From Candidatus Lustribacter sp. (GTDB taxonomy: Bacteria; Vulcanimicrobiota; Vulcanimicrobiia; Vulcanimicrobiales; Vulcanimicrobiaceae): a DNA stretch of 64,000 bases. The notes under the pieces were generated by a model. It saw nothing but the letters and a program-made list of their open reading frames with translations. It searched no databases and was not told the origin of the DNA. Shown here piece by piece: positions 19,077-28,182 of the stretch. Location of the stretch: NCBI GenBank assembly GCA_965277805.1, contig OZ255842.1, forward strand, positions 3,744,001 through 3,808,000, written 5' to 3'. How positions within the stretch are numbered: position 1 is the stretch's first letter; each line of letters starts with the position of its first letter. The position numbers and the translations under genes are program-made.

Positions 19077-19703
19077 TCAGATCGCGGCGAGCGTTTCCTT
19101 TGCGTCGCGCGAGGTAAGCGTGACGTTGTAGATCTTGCTGCCGGGTTGTTGTTTGCGGCCGCCTTGCGCGAGCGAGCCGGTATCGATCGCGTCGAAGCCG
19201 ATCTCGTCGATGAGTTTTGCGACCACGGATTTCGCGTGCGCGTCGTCGCCGGCGATGAAGATCGCGAGCCGGTCTTTTGAACCGTGCGGCTTGCCTTCGC
19301 TCGCAAGGCGTTTGTAGTTGAGCGTGTTGAAGGCTTTGACGAGCTGCGCGCCCGGCACGAGCGTCTTGATGATTTCGCTCGACGTGCGGTCGCCGAGATC
19401 TTCGAGTTCGAAGTCTTCGTCATACGGATTCATCGCGTCGATCACGATCTTATCGTCGTAGGGGCCGGCGTCGGGAATCGCATCTTCTTTTTTATGCCAC
19501 GGCACTGCGATAAGCACGACGTCGCCGAACGCGACGGCATCTTCGGGCGTGGCGGCGCGCACGGTCGCACCCATATCGGCCACCGCCACGGCCAGCGATT
19601 GCGGGCCGCGCGAGTTGGCGATGCGGACGTCGTGTCCGGCGGCTGCGAAGAGCTTTGCCGCGGTTGCACCGATATTTCCGGCGCCGAGGATGCCAATGTT
19701 CAA
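19077..19703 (-). CDS. NADPH-dependent F420 reductase-like dinucleotide-binding oxidoreductase
   Basis: IGILGAGNIG, ANSRGP, VIDAMNPY, VKAFNT, GFDAIDTGSL; TTG start with AGGAGG SD. Confidence 0.85.
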   Translation of the reverse strand: MNIGILGAGNIGATAAKLFAAAGHDVRIANSRGPQSLAVAVADMGATVRAATPEDAVAFGDVVLIAVPWHKKEDAIPDAGPYDDKIVIDAMNPYDEDFELEDLGDRTSSEIIKTLVPGAQLVKAFNTLNYKRLASEGKPHGSKDRLAIFIAGDDAHAKSVVAKLIDEIGFDAIDTGSLAQGGRKQQPGSKIYNVTLTSRDAKETLAAI

Positions 19704-19816
19704 ACCAGACCGCCTCCTGAAAGAAGCCGTGTTCTGCATGCGGCCCCGGAAGTCCCAACCGCGGCGGCAATTCCTACGACATCGTCCGGAAATGCTCCCC
19801 AGGTACGCTGGGCGGC

Positions 19817-20404
19817 ATGGACGGTATGGACTGGATGGCGAGCGCCATGCGCGCCGCCCAAGCGCAACTCGAAACGGCCACGCACAATCTGGCCAACGTC
19901 GCAAGCGACGGTTACCGCCGGGTCCACGCCGCGGTCAGCCTGACCGCACGCGGCCTGGTCGCCCGCGAATCGGCCGATCCGGCCCAAGGCGGCATTCGCG
20001 AAACGGGCCGCACCCTCGACCTTGCCCTGCTCGGCCCGGGCACCTTTCGGGCCGGTGCCGGCGAGACACGGAACGGCGCCTTCATTCGGGACCGTGACGG
20101 CTACCTTGCCGACCAGCAAGGGCGGCGCGTGCAGGGGCTGGCGGGGCCGATCCGGCTGTCCGAAACGGCGGTCGTCGGGCCGGACGGGACAATTCGCGAC
20201 GACGGCCGGCTCGTCGGGGCGCTGCCGTTGCCGCGGGGCACCACGATCCGGAGCGGGGCGCTGGAGTCGAGCAGCGTCGATGCTATCGGGGAAACGTTGG
20301 GCGTGCTGACCGCCCAGCGGGCCTTCGAGACCGCGCAGAAGACACTGGTCGCGATCGACCAAACCCGCGACAAAGCCGTCAACGACGTGGGGCGCCTGAA
20401 GTGA
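19817..20404 (+). CDS. flgF: Flagellar basal-body rod protein, FlgF-like (short)
   Basis: HNLANV..GY, TGRTLDLAL, TRNGAF, LESSSVD..QRAFE; TACGCT 7 nt upstream of ATG. Confidence 0.7.
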   Translation: MDGMDWMASAMRAAQAQLETATHNLANVASDGYRRVHAAVSLTARGLVARESADPAQGGIRETGRTLDLALLGPGTFRAGAGETRNGAFIRDRDGYLADQQGRRVQGLAGPIRLSETAVVGPDGTIRDDGRLVGALPLPRGTTIRSGALESSSVDAIGETLGVLTAQRAFETAQKTLVAIDQTRDKAVNDVGRLK

Positions 20405-21129
20405 ACCGCGCGATGTACGCTGCGGCGTCGGGGATGGCCGCGCAGCAAACGAATCTCGAAGTCATCGCGGACAACCTCGCCAACGCCGACGTGGCCGGGT
20501 TCAAGCAAGTCGTCGCGAGCTTCACCGACGTGAACGCCGGCGGCTCGCTCGGCCTCGGCACCGCGACCGCCGGCAAACATCCGCTGTTCGCGCAGGGCAA
20601 GCTGATGCATAGCGGCGGGCCGTTCGATGTCGCGATCGACGGTGAGGGGTTCTTCCGCGTCGAGCGCGCAGGCACGCTCGCCTACACGCGCAATGGCGAG
20701 TTTTCGCGCGCCGCCGACGGCACGCTGCGCAACGCCGACGGTTGGGCCTTACGCGACGTCCGCATTCCGGCCGACGCTACGGCGGTGCACGTTGCGACGA
20801 ACGGTCGCGTCACCATCGATTCGCCTACGGCAGCTGGGCGCACCATCGGGACGATTCGCCTCGCGACGTTCGCATCGCCGGAACAATTGTTGCCGCTTGG
20901 TGGGACCGTGTTCGCGGCTACTCACGACTCCGGTGCCGAACGGCGTATCGATGCGGGGCACGCAACGGGGCCGAACATTCAGTTTGGGATGCTCGAACGC
21001 TCCAACGTCTCAATCATTGAGTCGATGATGCAAATCCTGACCGCCCAACGCGCCTACGAAGCCAATGCCAAAGGCGTCCAAGCCGCCGACGAAATGCAAC
21101 GCATCGCCAACAACATCAACCGCGGCTAA
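20401..21129 (+). CDS. flgG: Flagellar basal-body rod protein FlgG-like
   Basis: AASGMAAQQ..IADNLAN, DVAIDGEGFF, YTRNG, LERSNV..AQRAYEANAK..ADEM. Confidence 0.8.
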   Translation: MNRAMYAAASGMAAQQTNLEVIADNLANADVAGFKQVVASFTDVNAGGSLGLGTATAGKHPLFAQGKLMHSGGPFDVAIDGEGFFRVERAGTLAYTRNGEFSRAADGTLRNADGWALRDVRIPADATAVHVATNGRVTIDSPTAAGRTIGTIRLATFASPEQLLPLGGTVFAATHDSGAERRIDAGHATGPNIQFGMLERSNVSIIESMMQILTAQRAYEANAKGVQAADEMQRIANNINRG

Positions 21130-21133
21130 TGCG

Positions 21134-21541
21134 TTAGGCTTCCCAGAAGGCTTTCATATTGGAAGCCGGCGCGACGAATTCACGCATCTCTCGTACGAGA
21201 CCATCGGCGATCGTTAAGACCATGATGCTTTGCTCGTGCAGCGAGAACCCGTTGCGTTCGCCGCTGATATCCTGCAAGACGAAAACGCGGTCGTCCGCTG
21301 CGGCGATCGTCACCGGCTTTGCCTTGAACGTTCCTTTGGTTTCATTGAAGAGCGTCCCGAAATAGGCGAAAATTGCGTCGCGCCCGCGGTGCGTGCCGTC
21401 CCCTGTTTTTTGAGGCACCGCGTAGAAGACCGCATCGGCGTGATACAGCCCTTGCAGCGTCGCCATGTCTCCGTTTGCAAACGCGTCGTAGCCGCGCTTC
21501 ACGAGAGCGGCGTTGTCCTTTTCAACTTGTGCGTCAGTCAT
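21134..21541 (-). CDS. NTF2/SnoaL-like fold protein
   Basis: N..LVKRGYDAFANGD, HRGRDAI..F, DGLV.EMREF. Confidence 0.8.
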   Translation of the reverse strand: MTDAQVEKDNAALVKRGYDAFANGDMATLQGLYHADAVFYAVPQKTGDGTHRGRDAIFAYFGTLFNETKGTFKAKPVTIAAADDRVFVLQDISGERNGFSLHEQSIMVLTIADGLVREMREFVAPASNMKAFWEA

Positions 21542-21553
21542 GGCCGGCCACCG

Positions 21554-22183
21554 TCAGAGGTCGAAGCGGGCTGCGCTCGCGTGGTTGGGCGGCAGCGGGA
21601 TGTCGTCGATGACGGATGCTTCGACGGTTACGTGCGTTACCGATGGGATCGTTGGGGTTGGCGGCGCCGGCGGAGCGACGGAGACGGCCGGCTCGGCGTG
21701 TGCGGGAGTTGGCGCGGAGGCCGCGTCGTAGGGCGCGCGGTCGATGAGGGCGAGATGCGAGAGCAGCAGGCTGCGGATCTCGCTTTTTGCTTTTTCGGCG
21801 ATGTCGAGCATGCGCTGATGTTCGCGCCGTGACTCCTCGACTTTGTCGCCGAGGCTCCCGATCTCGCGTTCGCTTTGCAGGCGCGCTTCTTGCTTGATGA
21901 GGTCGGCCTCTTTGTGGGCGGCCGCTTTGACCTCATCGGCGGTGCGCTGCGCGAGCAGCAAGGTCGACTGCAGCGATTCTTCCATCGCCTTGAAGTGCGA
22001 GATGCGTTCCTTGAGGTCGGCAATCTCGGCTTCGTAAGCCGCGCGGGCCGTCGCTTCATCTTCCAGCGACTCGATGATCTCGTCGAGGAACTTGTCGACG
22101 TCGGTGCGGTCGTAGCCCTGCAGCGCGCGCTTGAACGTGCGGTGCTGGATGTCGACGACCGTAATTCTCGAATTAGCGCTCAT
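21554..22183 (-). CDS. divIVA: DivIVA domain protein
   Basis: ITVVDIQHRTFKRALQGYDRTDVDKFLD followed by coiled coil. Confidence 0.9.
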   Translation of the reverse strand: MSANSRITVVDIQHRTFKRALQGYDRTDVDKFLDEIIESLEDEATARAAYEAEIADLKERISHFKAMEESLQSTLLLAQRTADEVKAAAHKEADLIKQEARLQSEREIGSLGDKVEESRREHQRMLDIAEKAKSEIRSLLLSHLALIDRAPYDAASAPTPAHAEPAVSVAPPAPPTPTIPSVTHVTVEASVIDDIPLPPNHASAARFDL

Positions 22184-22625
22184 TGCGTTGTGTATTCCCA
22201 AAGCGTGCCGAGAGATCGAGCATCCCGTCGTCATTCATCTGTTCGCGCAAATTGGCCGAGTTCACCGTGACCCCGGCCGGGACTACGAGGTAGATCGCTT
22301 CAGCGAGTTTTTGTATGCGTCCGTCGATGGTGTAGGCGACGCCCGAGGTGAAGTCGACGACGCGCTGCAGCAGCGAGCGGTCGGCCCCTTGCAAGTTGAC
22401 GATGGCCACTTGCCTCGCGCGTAAGGCGTCGGCGATCTCCGTGACGTCGCCGAAGCCGCGAGGAGCGAAGACGGCGACCGATGGCCCCACCCGGCGGCCG
22501 GCCTCCGTTAAGGGAACGACATTGCGTTTCGGAAGGGCTTGATCGGCGTCATAGCCCTCGATCTCGTCGATCTCGTCGTCGTGAATCGCAAACCAGGAAC
22601 CGATCTTGTTGAACATACCGTTCAT
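22173..22625 (-). CDS. sepF: Cell division protein SepF
   Basis: IADALR..IVNL..RVVDFTSGVAYTIDG..YLVVP; lies between yggS and divIVA. Confidence 0.9.
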   Translation of the reverse strand: MNGMFNKIGSWFAIHDDEIDEIEGYDADQALPKRNVVPLTEAGRRVGPSVAVFAPRGFGDVTEIADALRARQVAIVNLQGADRSLLQRVVDFTSGVAYTIDGRIQKLAEAIYLVVPAGVTVNSANLREQMNDDGMLDLSARFGNTQRNER

Positions 22626-23299
22626 ACCGTGACCCTTTCTGGCACCGGCCGCGCGCCGAATATCGCGGTGCCGATGCGTATCATCGTCGACCCGAAAGCG
22701 ATCGCGCGCTCCCAGTCAGCCGACATTCCGAGCGAGAGCGTCGTGCCGCCGACCGCGCCGAAGGCTTCTTGCGCCAGCGCAAACGCGCTGTCGACGTCAC
22801 CTTCGAGCGGACCGATGGCCATCACGCCGTCGACCGTCAAACCTTCATTGCGCAGTGCCTGCGCGAGCTCGGCTGCCCCCGCCGGCGCAACGCCGAAGCG
22901 CTCCGACGGCGAGACGTTCACTTGCACCAGCACGCGCACGGTGCGCCCGAGCGCGCGCGCCGCTTTGCCGATCGCGAGGCCCGCTTCGAGCCGGTCGATC
23001 GATTGCACGACGTCGAACAGGCCGACGATGGCCTTGGCCTTGTTCGTCTGGACGTGGCCGATGAAGTGCCGCGTTACCGGCGGCAAATCGACGTACTTCT
23101 CGCGAGCTTCCTGCAGATAGTTTTCACCGATATCCGGCAGACCAGCGGCAATGGCGGCTAGTACCGCCTCGCGGGGCTGCGTTTTGGTAACGCCGAGGAT
23201 GGCGACGGAGCCGGCGGACCGGCCTGCCGCTTCGGCGACGCGATCGACGCGTGCGCGAAGCATCGCCACGCGCTCGCCGATCGTTGAGGCGAGTGCCAT
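22622..23299 (-). CDS. yggS: YggS family PLP homeostasis protein
   Basis: GVTKT, GENYLQE, HFIGHVQTNK, LSLGMSAD, RIGTAIFG. Confidence 0.92.
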   Translation of the reverse strand: MALASTIGERVAMLRARVDRVAEAAGRSAGSVAILGVTKTQPREAVLAAIAAGLPDIGENYLQEAREKYVDLPPVTRHFIGHVQTNKAKAIVGLFDVVQSIDRLEAGLAIGKAARALGRTVRVLVQVNVSPSERFGVAPAGAAELAQALRNEGLTVDGVMAIGPLEGDVDSAFALAQEAFGAVGGTTLSLGMSADWERAIAFGSTMIRIGTAIFGARPVPERVTV

Positions 23300-23343
23300 G
23301 GCCGTACATCTTCACCACGCACGCGCAGTGCTCCCGCGCGTTG

Positions 23344-24174
23344 CTACGCCGTGACGGGTTCGACCGGCATGACGACGACGTGGCGATTTTGGCGGATGGC
23401 GACGTAGAGCAGCCATGCGCCGATGAAGACCATCGGCAGCGCGACGAGTTGTCCGCCCGAGAGGCCCATCACCGTGAAGCCCGGTTCGCGCCAAATCTCC
23501 GCCACCGTGCGCGTGATCCCGTAATATGTAAACCAGACCCACGCGACGACACCGTCGGCCGGGCGTTTGCGTAAGATGATCAGGAGCAGCGGGACCGCGA
23601 GGATGTCGAGGATCCCTTCGTAGATCTGCGAGGGATGGCGATAGCCGTCGACGGCCGGGAACTTGATGCACCACGGGTGGTCGGGATCGCAGACCTTGCC
23701 CCAGAGTTCGTCGTTGATGAAGTTCACGACGCGCGTCGTCGCGATGCCCAGCGGAAGCAGCACGACGACCTCGTCGGCGAGCACGTTGAACGTCAGGCCC
23801 GGAAGCTTGCGCAAGAATAGGAAGATCGCGATGATGACGCCGATCAGCGCGCCGTGGAAGGCCATGCCGCCCTTCCAGATCGCAATGAAGTCGATCGGGT
23901 TCGCCAGATAGTCGGCAAAATTGTGGTTCGTGATCACGTCGGCGATGACGAACACCAAGCGGCCGCCGATCAGTACCCCGATCAGGGCGTAGATCAGAAA
24001 ATCCTGTATGTTGTCGGTGGTGAGGCCCATCCGGCGCCGGCCCGCGGGGCGATTCATCCACAAAAAGACGCAAATGAATCCGAACAGGTACGACAGACCG
24101 TACCAGTGCACGGCAAGTGGTCCGAGGCGAAACGCCACCGGATCGATGTTCGGGTAGGTAAACCAATGCGTCAT
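23344..24174 (-). CDS. lgt: Prolipoprotein diacylglyceryl transferase
   Basis: IDPVAF..HWYG, IGGRL, WKGGMAFHG, RVVNFINDELWG, HPSQIYE. Confidence 0.92.
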   Translation of the reverse strand: MTHWFTYPNIDPVAFRLGPLAVHWYGLSYLFGFICVFLWMNRPAGRRRMGLTTDNIQDFLIYALIGVLIGGRLVFVIADVITNHNFADYLANPIDFIAIWKGGMAFHGALIGVIIAIFLFLRKLPGLTFNVLADEVVVLLPLGIATTRVVNFINDELWGKVCDPDHPWCIKFPAVDGYRHPSQIYEGILDILAVPLLLIILRKRPADGVVAWVWFTYYGITRTVAEIWREPGFTVMGLSGGQLVALPMVFIGAWLLYVAIRQNRHVVVMPVEPVTA

Positions 24175-24239
24175 CGCCCTCGTCCTACGCTGACCGTCAG
24201 CAGGCAGCCTCCGCGTCGCGCGAAAAAGACCGTACACTC

Positions 24240-24965
24240 GTGAACGTCCAGCTCAACGTCGCCACCGCGTTTTTGGCGGGTCTCGTATCCTTCGTCTCGC
24301 CGTGCGTCCTGCCGTTGATCCCGGCCTATCTCTCCTTCCTCACCGGTTCGAGCTTAGAAGAGCTGAAGGCCGAGCAGGACGCAGCGCAGCGGGCCCGGGT
24401 CATCGGGCACGCCGTCGCGTTCATCTGCGGGTTCACGGTCGTGTTCATGGCGCTCGGCTTCACCGCCGGGGCAATCGGCAACGCGCTCTTGCAGTACCGC
24501 GACATCGTGGCCCGCGTCGGCGGCGTCGTGGTCGTGATCCTCGGCCTCAACATGATCGGGGTTTTCAAGATCCCGTTCCTGATGATGGACAAGCGCCCGC
24601 AATGGCGCAGCGCGAACCGTTCCTACCTCGCCTCGTTCGTGGTCGGACTCGGCTTCGCGGCCGGCTGGTCGCCGTGCATCGGCCCGATCCTGGCCGGCAT
24701 CCTCGCGCTGGCCTCGCAGCAGAGCTACGGCGTTGCGACGGGCCTGCTGCTCGTGTACTCACTGGGCCTGGCGGTGCCGTTCTTGCTGACCGCGGCCGCG
24801 ATCTCGCGCGCCCTCGGCGCACTCAACCGCATCAAACGCTATCTCGGCGCGATCGAGATCACCGCCGGCGCGTTTCTGGTCGCCACCGGCATCGTGCTGC
24901 TTACCGGAACGTTTACGCGCATTGCCGGTTGGTTCTACCAGTATGTGAGCCCGCCGAGTCTGTGA
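24240..24965 (+). CDS. ccdA: Cytochrome c biogenesis protein CcdA
   Basis: SFVSPCVLPLIPAY and GWSPCIGPIL; multiple TM segments. Confidence 0.92.
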   Translation: MNVQLNVATAFLAGLVSFVSPCVLPLIPAYLSFLTGSSLEELKAEQDAAQRARVIGHAVAFICGFTVVFMALGFTAGAIGNALLQYRDIVARVGGVVVVILGLNMIGVFKIPFLMMDKRPQWRSANRSYLASFVVGLGFAAGWSPCIGPILAGILALASQQSYGVATGLLLVYSLGLAVPFLLTAAAISRALGALNRIKRYLGAIEITAGAFLVATGIVLLTGTFTRIAGWFYQYVSPPSL

Positions 24966-25435
24966 TTCTCTGGATCGTTGCCGCCCTCGTCTTCCTCCTC
25001 GATCGCTGGACGAAGTCGCTCATCGCCACGCACTTTTATCCCGGTGAGAGCGCGATCGTGGTGCCGCACCTGTTGTGGTGGACGTACGTGCAGAATACGC
25101 ACGGCGCGTTCGGGATGTTCGGCTCGCAGCCGGCGCTCTTGATCGGCCTCGCGCTGCTGGTGCTCGCGCTGTTTGCGTATGCGTTCCGCGACTCCGTGCG
25201 CAGCTCGCTGCTCGTGCGCATCGCCTTCGGCGGCATCGTCGGCGGGGCCGCCGGGAACATCGTCGACCGGCTGCAGCATCAGTACGTGGTCGACTTCATC
25301 GACTTCAAGACGATCTGGCCCAACGTGTTCAACGCCGCCGATTCGTGCATCACCGTCGGCGTGATCGTGCTCATCCTCGCATCGCTGCGCACCGAGCGCA
25401 AAGCGGGGTTAGTGAAGCCGAACGATCCGGTCTGA
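24962..25435 (+). CDS. lspA: Lipoprotein signal peptidase II
   Basis: DRWTK, NTHGAFG, GAAGNIVDR..VVDFI..FNAADS. Confidence 0.92.
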   Translation: MILWIVAALVFLLDRWTKSLIATHFYPGESAIVVPHLLWWTYVQNTHGAFGMFGSQPALLIGLALLVLALFAYAFRDSVRSSLLVRIAFGGIVGGAAGNIVDRLQHQYVVDFIDFKTIWPNVFNAADSCITVGVIVLILASLRTERKAGLVKPNDPV

Positions 25436-27136
25436 CGGCGGCGGCGCCAGGGGCGATTTTGCGGTGATGTAGGCGTCGAGGGCCTGCAGATCGACCATCC
25501 CGGCGGTCTTGTTGCGTCCTTGACGTAAGACAACATAGCCGTCGCCGCCGTCGGACATGAAGGCATCGACCGTGACTCGGTAGTCGGCGGTCGGGTCGAT
25601 CGGCGCGCCGTTGTACTTCACGCTGCCCGGCACGACTTTGCTCGCGCCGTCGGGTTTGCTCGCGTCCCAGGTGTAGGTGAGGCCCTGCGAGATTCCGAGC
25701 AGCTCGACTTCTTTTTTGCCGATCCACTGTTCGTCGAGCAGCGTGAGGAGCTGCGCGCCGGTCAGCGTTTCCGTATAGAGCAGATCGCCGAACGGCTGGA
25801 CGTTGTATGCGGCCCCGTAGGTGACGTCGCCGCCGTGCAGGAACGAGCGAACGCCACCGCCGTTGATGATGCCGATCGAACCCGGTACGGCAAACGTGCG
25901 CGCGTCCGCGATGACGTCGCCGATCGGGTCCTCGCCTGAACCGCCACGGGCGACCTCGGCACCGTCGAGGGAGATGTCGGCGCTCGCGCGGCCGATCACG
26001 CGGTTTACGAGCGGCGCGGTAGCGCCGTGATAGCGCGTCACGAGCGCGGCAATTGCGTGATTCGGTGCCACGGCGGAAATCGTGGCGGCGAGCGGGTTCG
26101 GCCCGCGATCGTTCACGACCAGGTCGTTGTGCGCACTGATGTTGGCGATCGTGTCCGTCGCGACGTCGAGGTCGACGTTGATGTCGCTGACGATCTGTCC
26201 GTACTTGCCGGCGGAGGTGTAGAACACGTGGGGGTTGGTCGTGCCTTGGCCGCTCGCGCATAGATATGCACGGTGGGTGTGGCCGCTGATGACCAGGCGA
26301 ATCGAGCGATCGAGCTTGTTGAGTTCCGCCAGCAAATCGCCGTCGGCGCCGGCACACGTCGGATCGTTGTATCCGACCGACGTGAAGATCCCCTGATGGA
26401 TCAGCACCACAACCGCGTGGACGCCTTGCGCGTAAATCGACGGGAGCAGCGAGTTGATCGTGTCGGCTTCGTCGGCGAAGTGCAGGCCGCGCACGCCGGT
26501 GGCGGTGGTGACGACGGGTGTGTCGTGCAGCACGACGCCGATGAACGCGATGCCGGCGCGCTTGCCGTTGCCGGCATCGAAGTACTTGATCGCATACGGC
26601 GGGAACAGCGCCTTGCCGGTGGCGTCGTCGATCACGTTGGCGGCGAGATATTTGTATTTCGCGCCGGTGAACGTGCCGTCGATCAAGCATGTGTCGATGC
26701 CGATCGTCCCGCCCGGCCGGCACCCGCCGCGCTGCTTGCGCAACAGCTCGGCTTCGCCTTCGTCGAACTCGTGATTCCCGACCGACGTGTACTCGAGACC
26801 CATTGCGTTCAGGGCTTGGATCGTCGGCTCATCGTGAAAGAGCGCAGAGCCGAGCGGGCTCGCACCGACCATGTCGCCGGCGCCGACCACGACGTTGCGC
26901 GTATTCTCGGCTTTCAACTGACCGATCACCGTCGCCAGATAGGCGGCCCCGCCGACGGGTTCACGGATCGTCTTCGATGCGTCCGCCGGATCAGGCAGGG
27001 CGAACGATTCGGTGGGTTCGAGATAGCCATGGAAGTCATTGATCGCGATCAGCTTGACCGTGATCTGCGCCGGCGCCGGCGCCGCACCGAGAATACCGGC
27101 GACGAGAAGGACGAGCAAGGCACGAACGATACGCAT
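25409..27136 (-). CDS. Exported 5'-nucleotidase / metallophosphatase (UshA-like)
   Basis: NDFHG, AGDMVGASP, GNHEFD, GHTH, NGGGVR, VQPF. Confidence 0.92.
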   Translation of the reverse strand: MRIVRALLVLLVAGILGAAPAPAQITVKLIAINDFHGYLEPTESFALPDPADASKTIREPVGGAAYLATVIGQLKAENTRNVVVGAGDMVGASPLGSALFHDEPTIQALNAMGLEYTSVGNHEFDEGEAELLRKQRGGCRPGGTIGIDTCLIDGTFTGAKYKYLAANVIDDATGKALFPPYAIKYFDAGNGKRAGIAFIGVVLHDTPVVTTATGVRGLHFADEADTINSLLPSIYAQGVHAVVVLIHQGIFTSVGYNDPTCAGADGDLLAELNKLDRSIRLVISGHTHRAYLCASGQGTTNPHVFYTSAGKYGQIVSDINVDLDVATDTIANISAHNDLVVNDRGPNPLAATISAVAPNHAIAALVTRYHGATAPLVNRVIGRASADISLDGAEVARGGSGEDPIGDVIADARTFAVPGSIGIINGGGVRSFLHGGDVTYGAAYNVQPFGDLLYTETLTGAQLLTLLDEQWIGKKEVELLGISQGLTYTWDASKPDGASKVVPGSVKYNGAPIDPTADYRVTVDAFMSDGGDGYVVLRQGRNKTAGMVDLQALDAYITAKSPLAPPPSDRIVRLH

Positions 27137-27176
27137 CGCACGTGATTCGTCGCATCCCAAGCGGTAACCGGCCCCA

Positions 27177-27204
27177 TGTCATCCCGAGCTTGTCGAGGGA
27201 CCGC
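27177..27204. repeat. REP-like element flanked by 11-bp direct repeats
   Basis: Consensus REP; AAGCGGTAACC at 27159-27169 and 27224-27234. Confidence 0.85.
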
Positions 27205-27262
27205 GGCCATCGCGCCGGCACGTAAGCGGTAACCCGTCGGCTTTACGCCGAACTCTTTCTTG

Positions 27263-28180
27263 ATGTTCACCGTGAGCGAGGAGTCGTCGGGCGGGCGGAT
27301 CGATGTCGAACTGACGCGCCGTACGGGGTTTTCGCGTTCGCATGTGGCCGCGGCAATTCGCGCGGGTGCGGCGGCGGTGAATGGCGAGACCGCGAAGCCG
27401 AGCCGCATTCTCGAGCCGGGGGATAGCGTAACCTATACGATTGACGCGCCGCCGGTACTTGAAGTGCTGCCGCAAGATTTGCCGCTCGATATCGTGTTCG
27501 AAGACGAGACGCTGCTGGTCGTCAATAAGGCAGCGGGGATGGTGACGCATCCCTCGCATGGGTGGGTCGACAATACGCTGGTGAACGCGCTGCTCGCGCA
27601 TACGGGTGCGTTGCCCGGTGATCCGTTGCGGGCCGGGCTCGTGCATCGGCTCGACCGCGATACGTCGGGATTGCTACTCGTGGCGAAGACGGAAGCTGCG
27701 CTGACCACGCTTGGGCGCGCGATGCAGAAGCGCTACATCAAACGCGAGTATCGCGGCATTGTTGCCGGCGTTCCACGCGAGCTCGACGGCGTGATTCGCG
27801 GCGCGATCGGGCGTGATCCGCACAACCGGTTGAAGTATGCGATTCGGGCCGATGGGAAACCGGCGGTTACGCATTATACGCTGCGGCAACGGTTCAAGGA
27901 TGCGACCGAGTTGAATCTAACGCTCGAGACGGGGCGCACGCATCAGATTCGCGTGCATTTTGCGGCGCTCGGGTATCCGATTTTCAACGATCATATTTAT
28001 GGCAAGCTCGATCCGCGCTCGCCGTTGCCGGGGCAGGCGCTGCATGCGTGGCGGCTTGGGTTCAAGCATCCGGTGACGAAAGAGATGCTAACGTTTGAAG
28101 CGGAGCCGCCGGCGGATTATTTGACGACGCTTGCCAATCTTGCGCAAGATCGTGGCGGTCCCTCGACAAGCTCGGGATGA
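27263..28180 (+). CDS. rluD: RluA family 23S rRNA pseudouridine synthase
   Basis: S4 domain, NKAAGMVTHP, VHRLDRDTSGL, TGRTHQIRVH; last residues are encoded by a REP. Confidence 0.9.
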   Translation: MFTVSEESSGGRIDVELTRRTGFSRSHVAAAIRAGAAAVNGETAKPSRILEPGDSVTYTIDAPPVLEVLPQDLPLDIVFEDETLLVVNKAAGMVTHPSHGWVDNTLVNALLAHTGALPGDPLRAGLVHRLDRDTSGLLLVAKTEAALTTLGRAMQKRYIKREYRGIVAGVPRELDGVIRGAIGRDPHNRLKYAIRADGKPAVTHYTLRQRFKDATELNLTLETGRTHQIRVHFAALGYPIFNDHIYGKLDPRSPLPGQALHAWRLGFKHPVTKEMLTFEAEPPADYLTTLANLAQDRGGPSTSSG

Positions 28181-28182
28181 CA
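28155..28182. repeat. REP-like element spanning the rluD stop and the tgt start
   Basis: GCGGTCCCTCGACAAGCTCGGGATGACA. Confidence 0.9.

Noticed and set aside
27177-28182. Composite mobile element formed by inverted REPs around rluD
   Set aside because: rluD is a housekeeping gene in its usual position near lspA, with no transposase and no shared flanking duplication; REP density makes chance bracketing likely.
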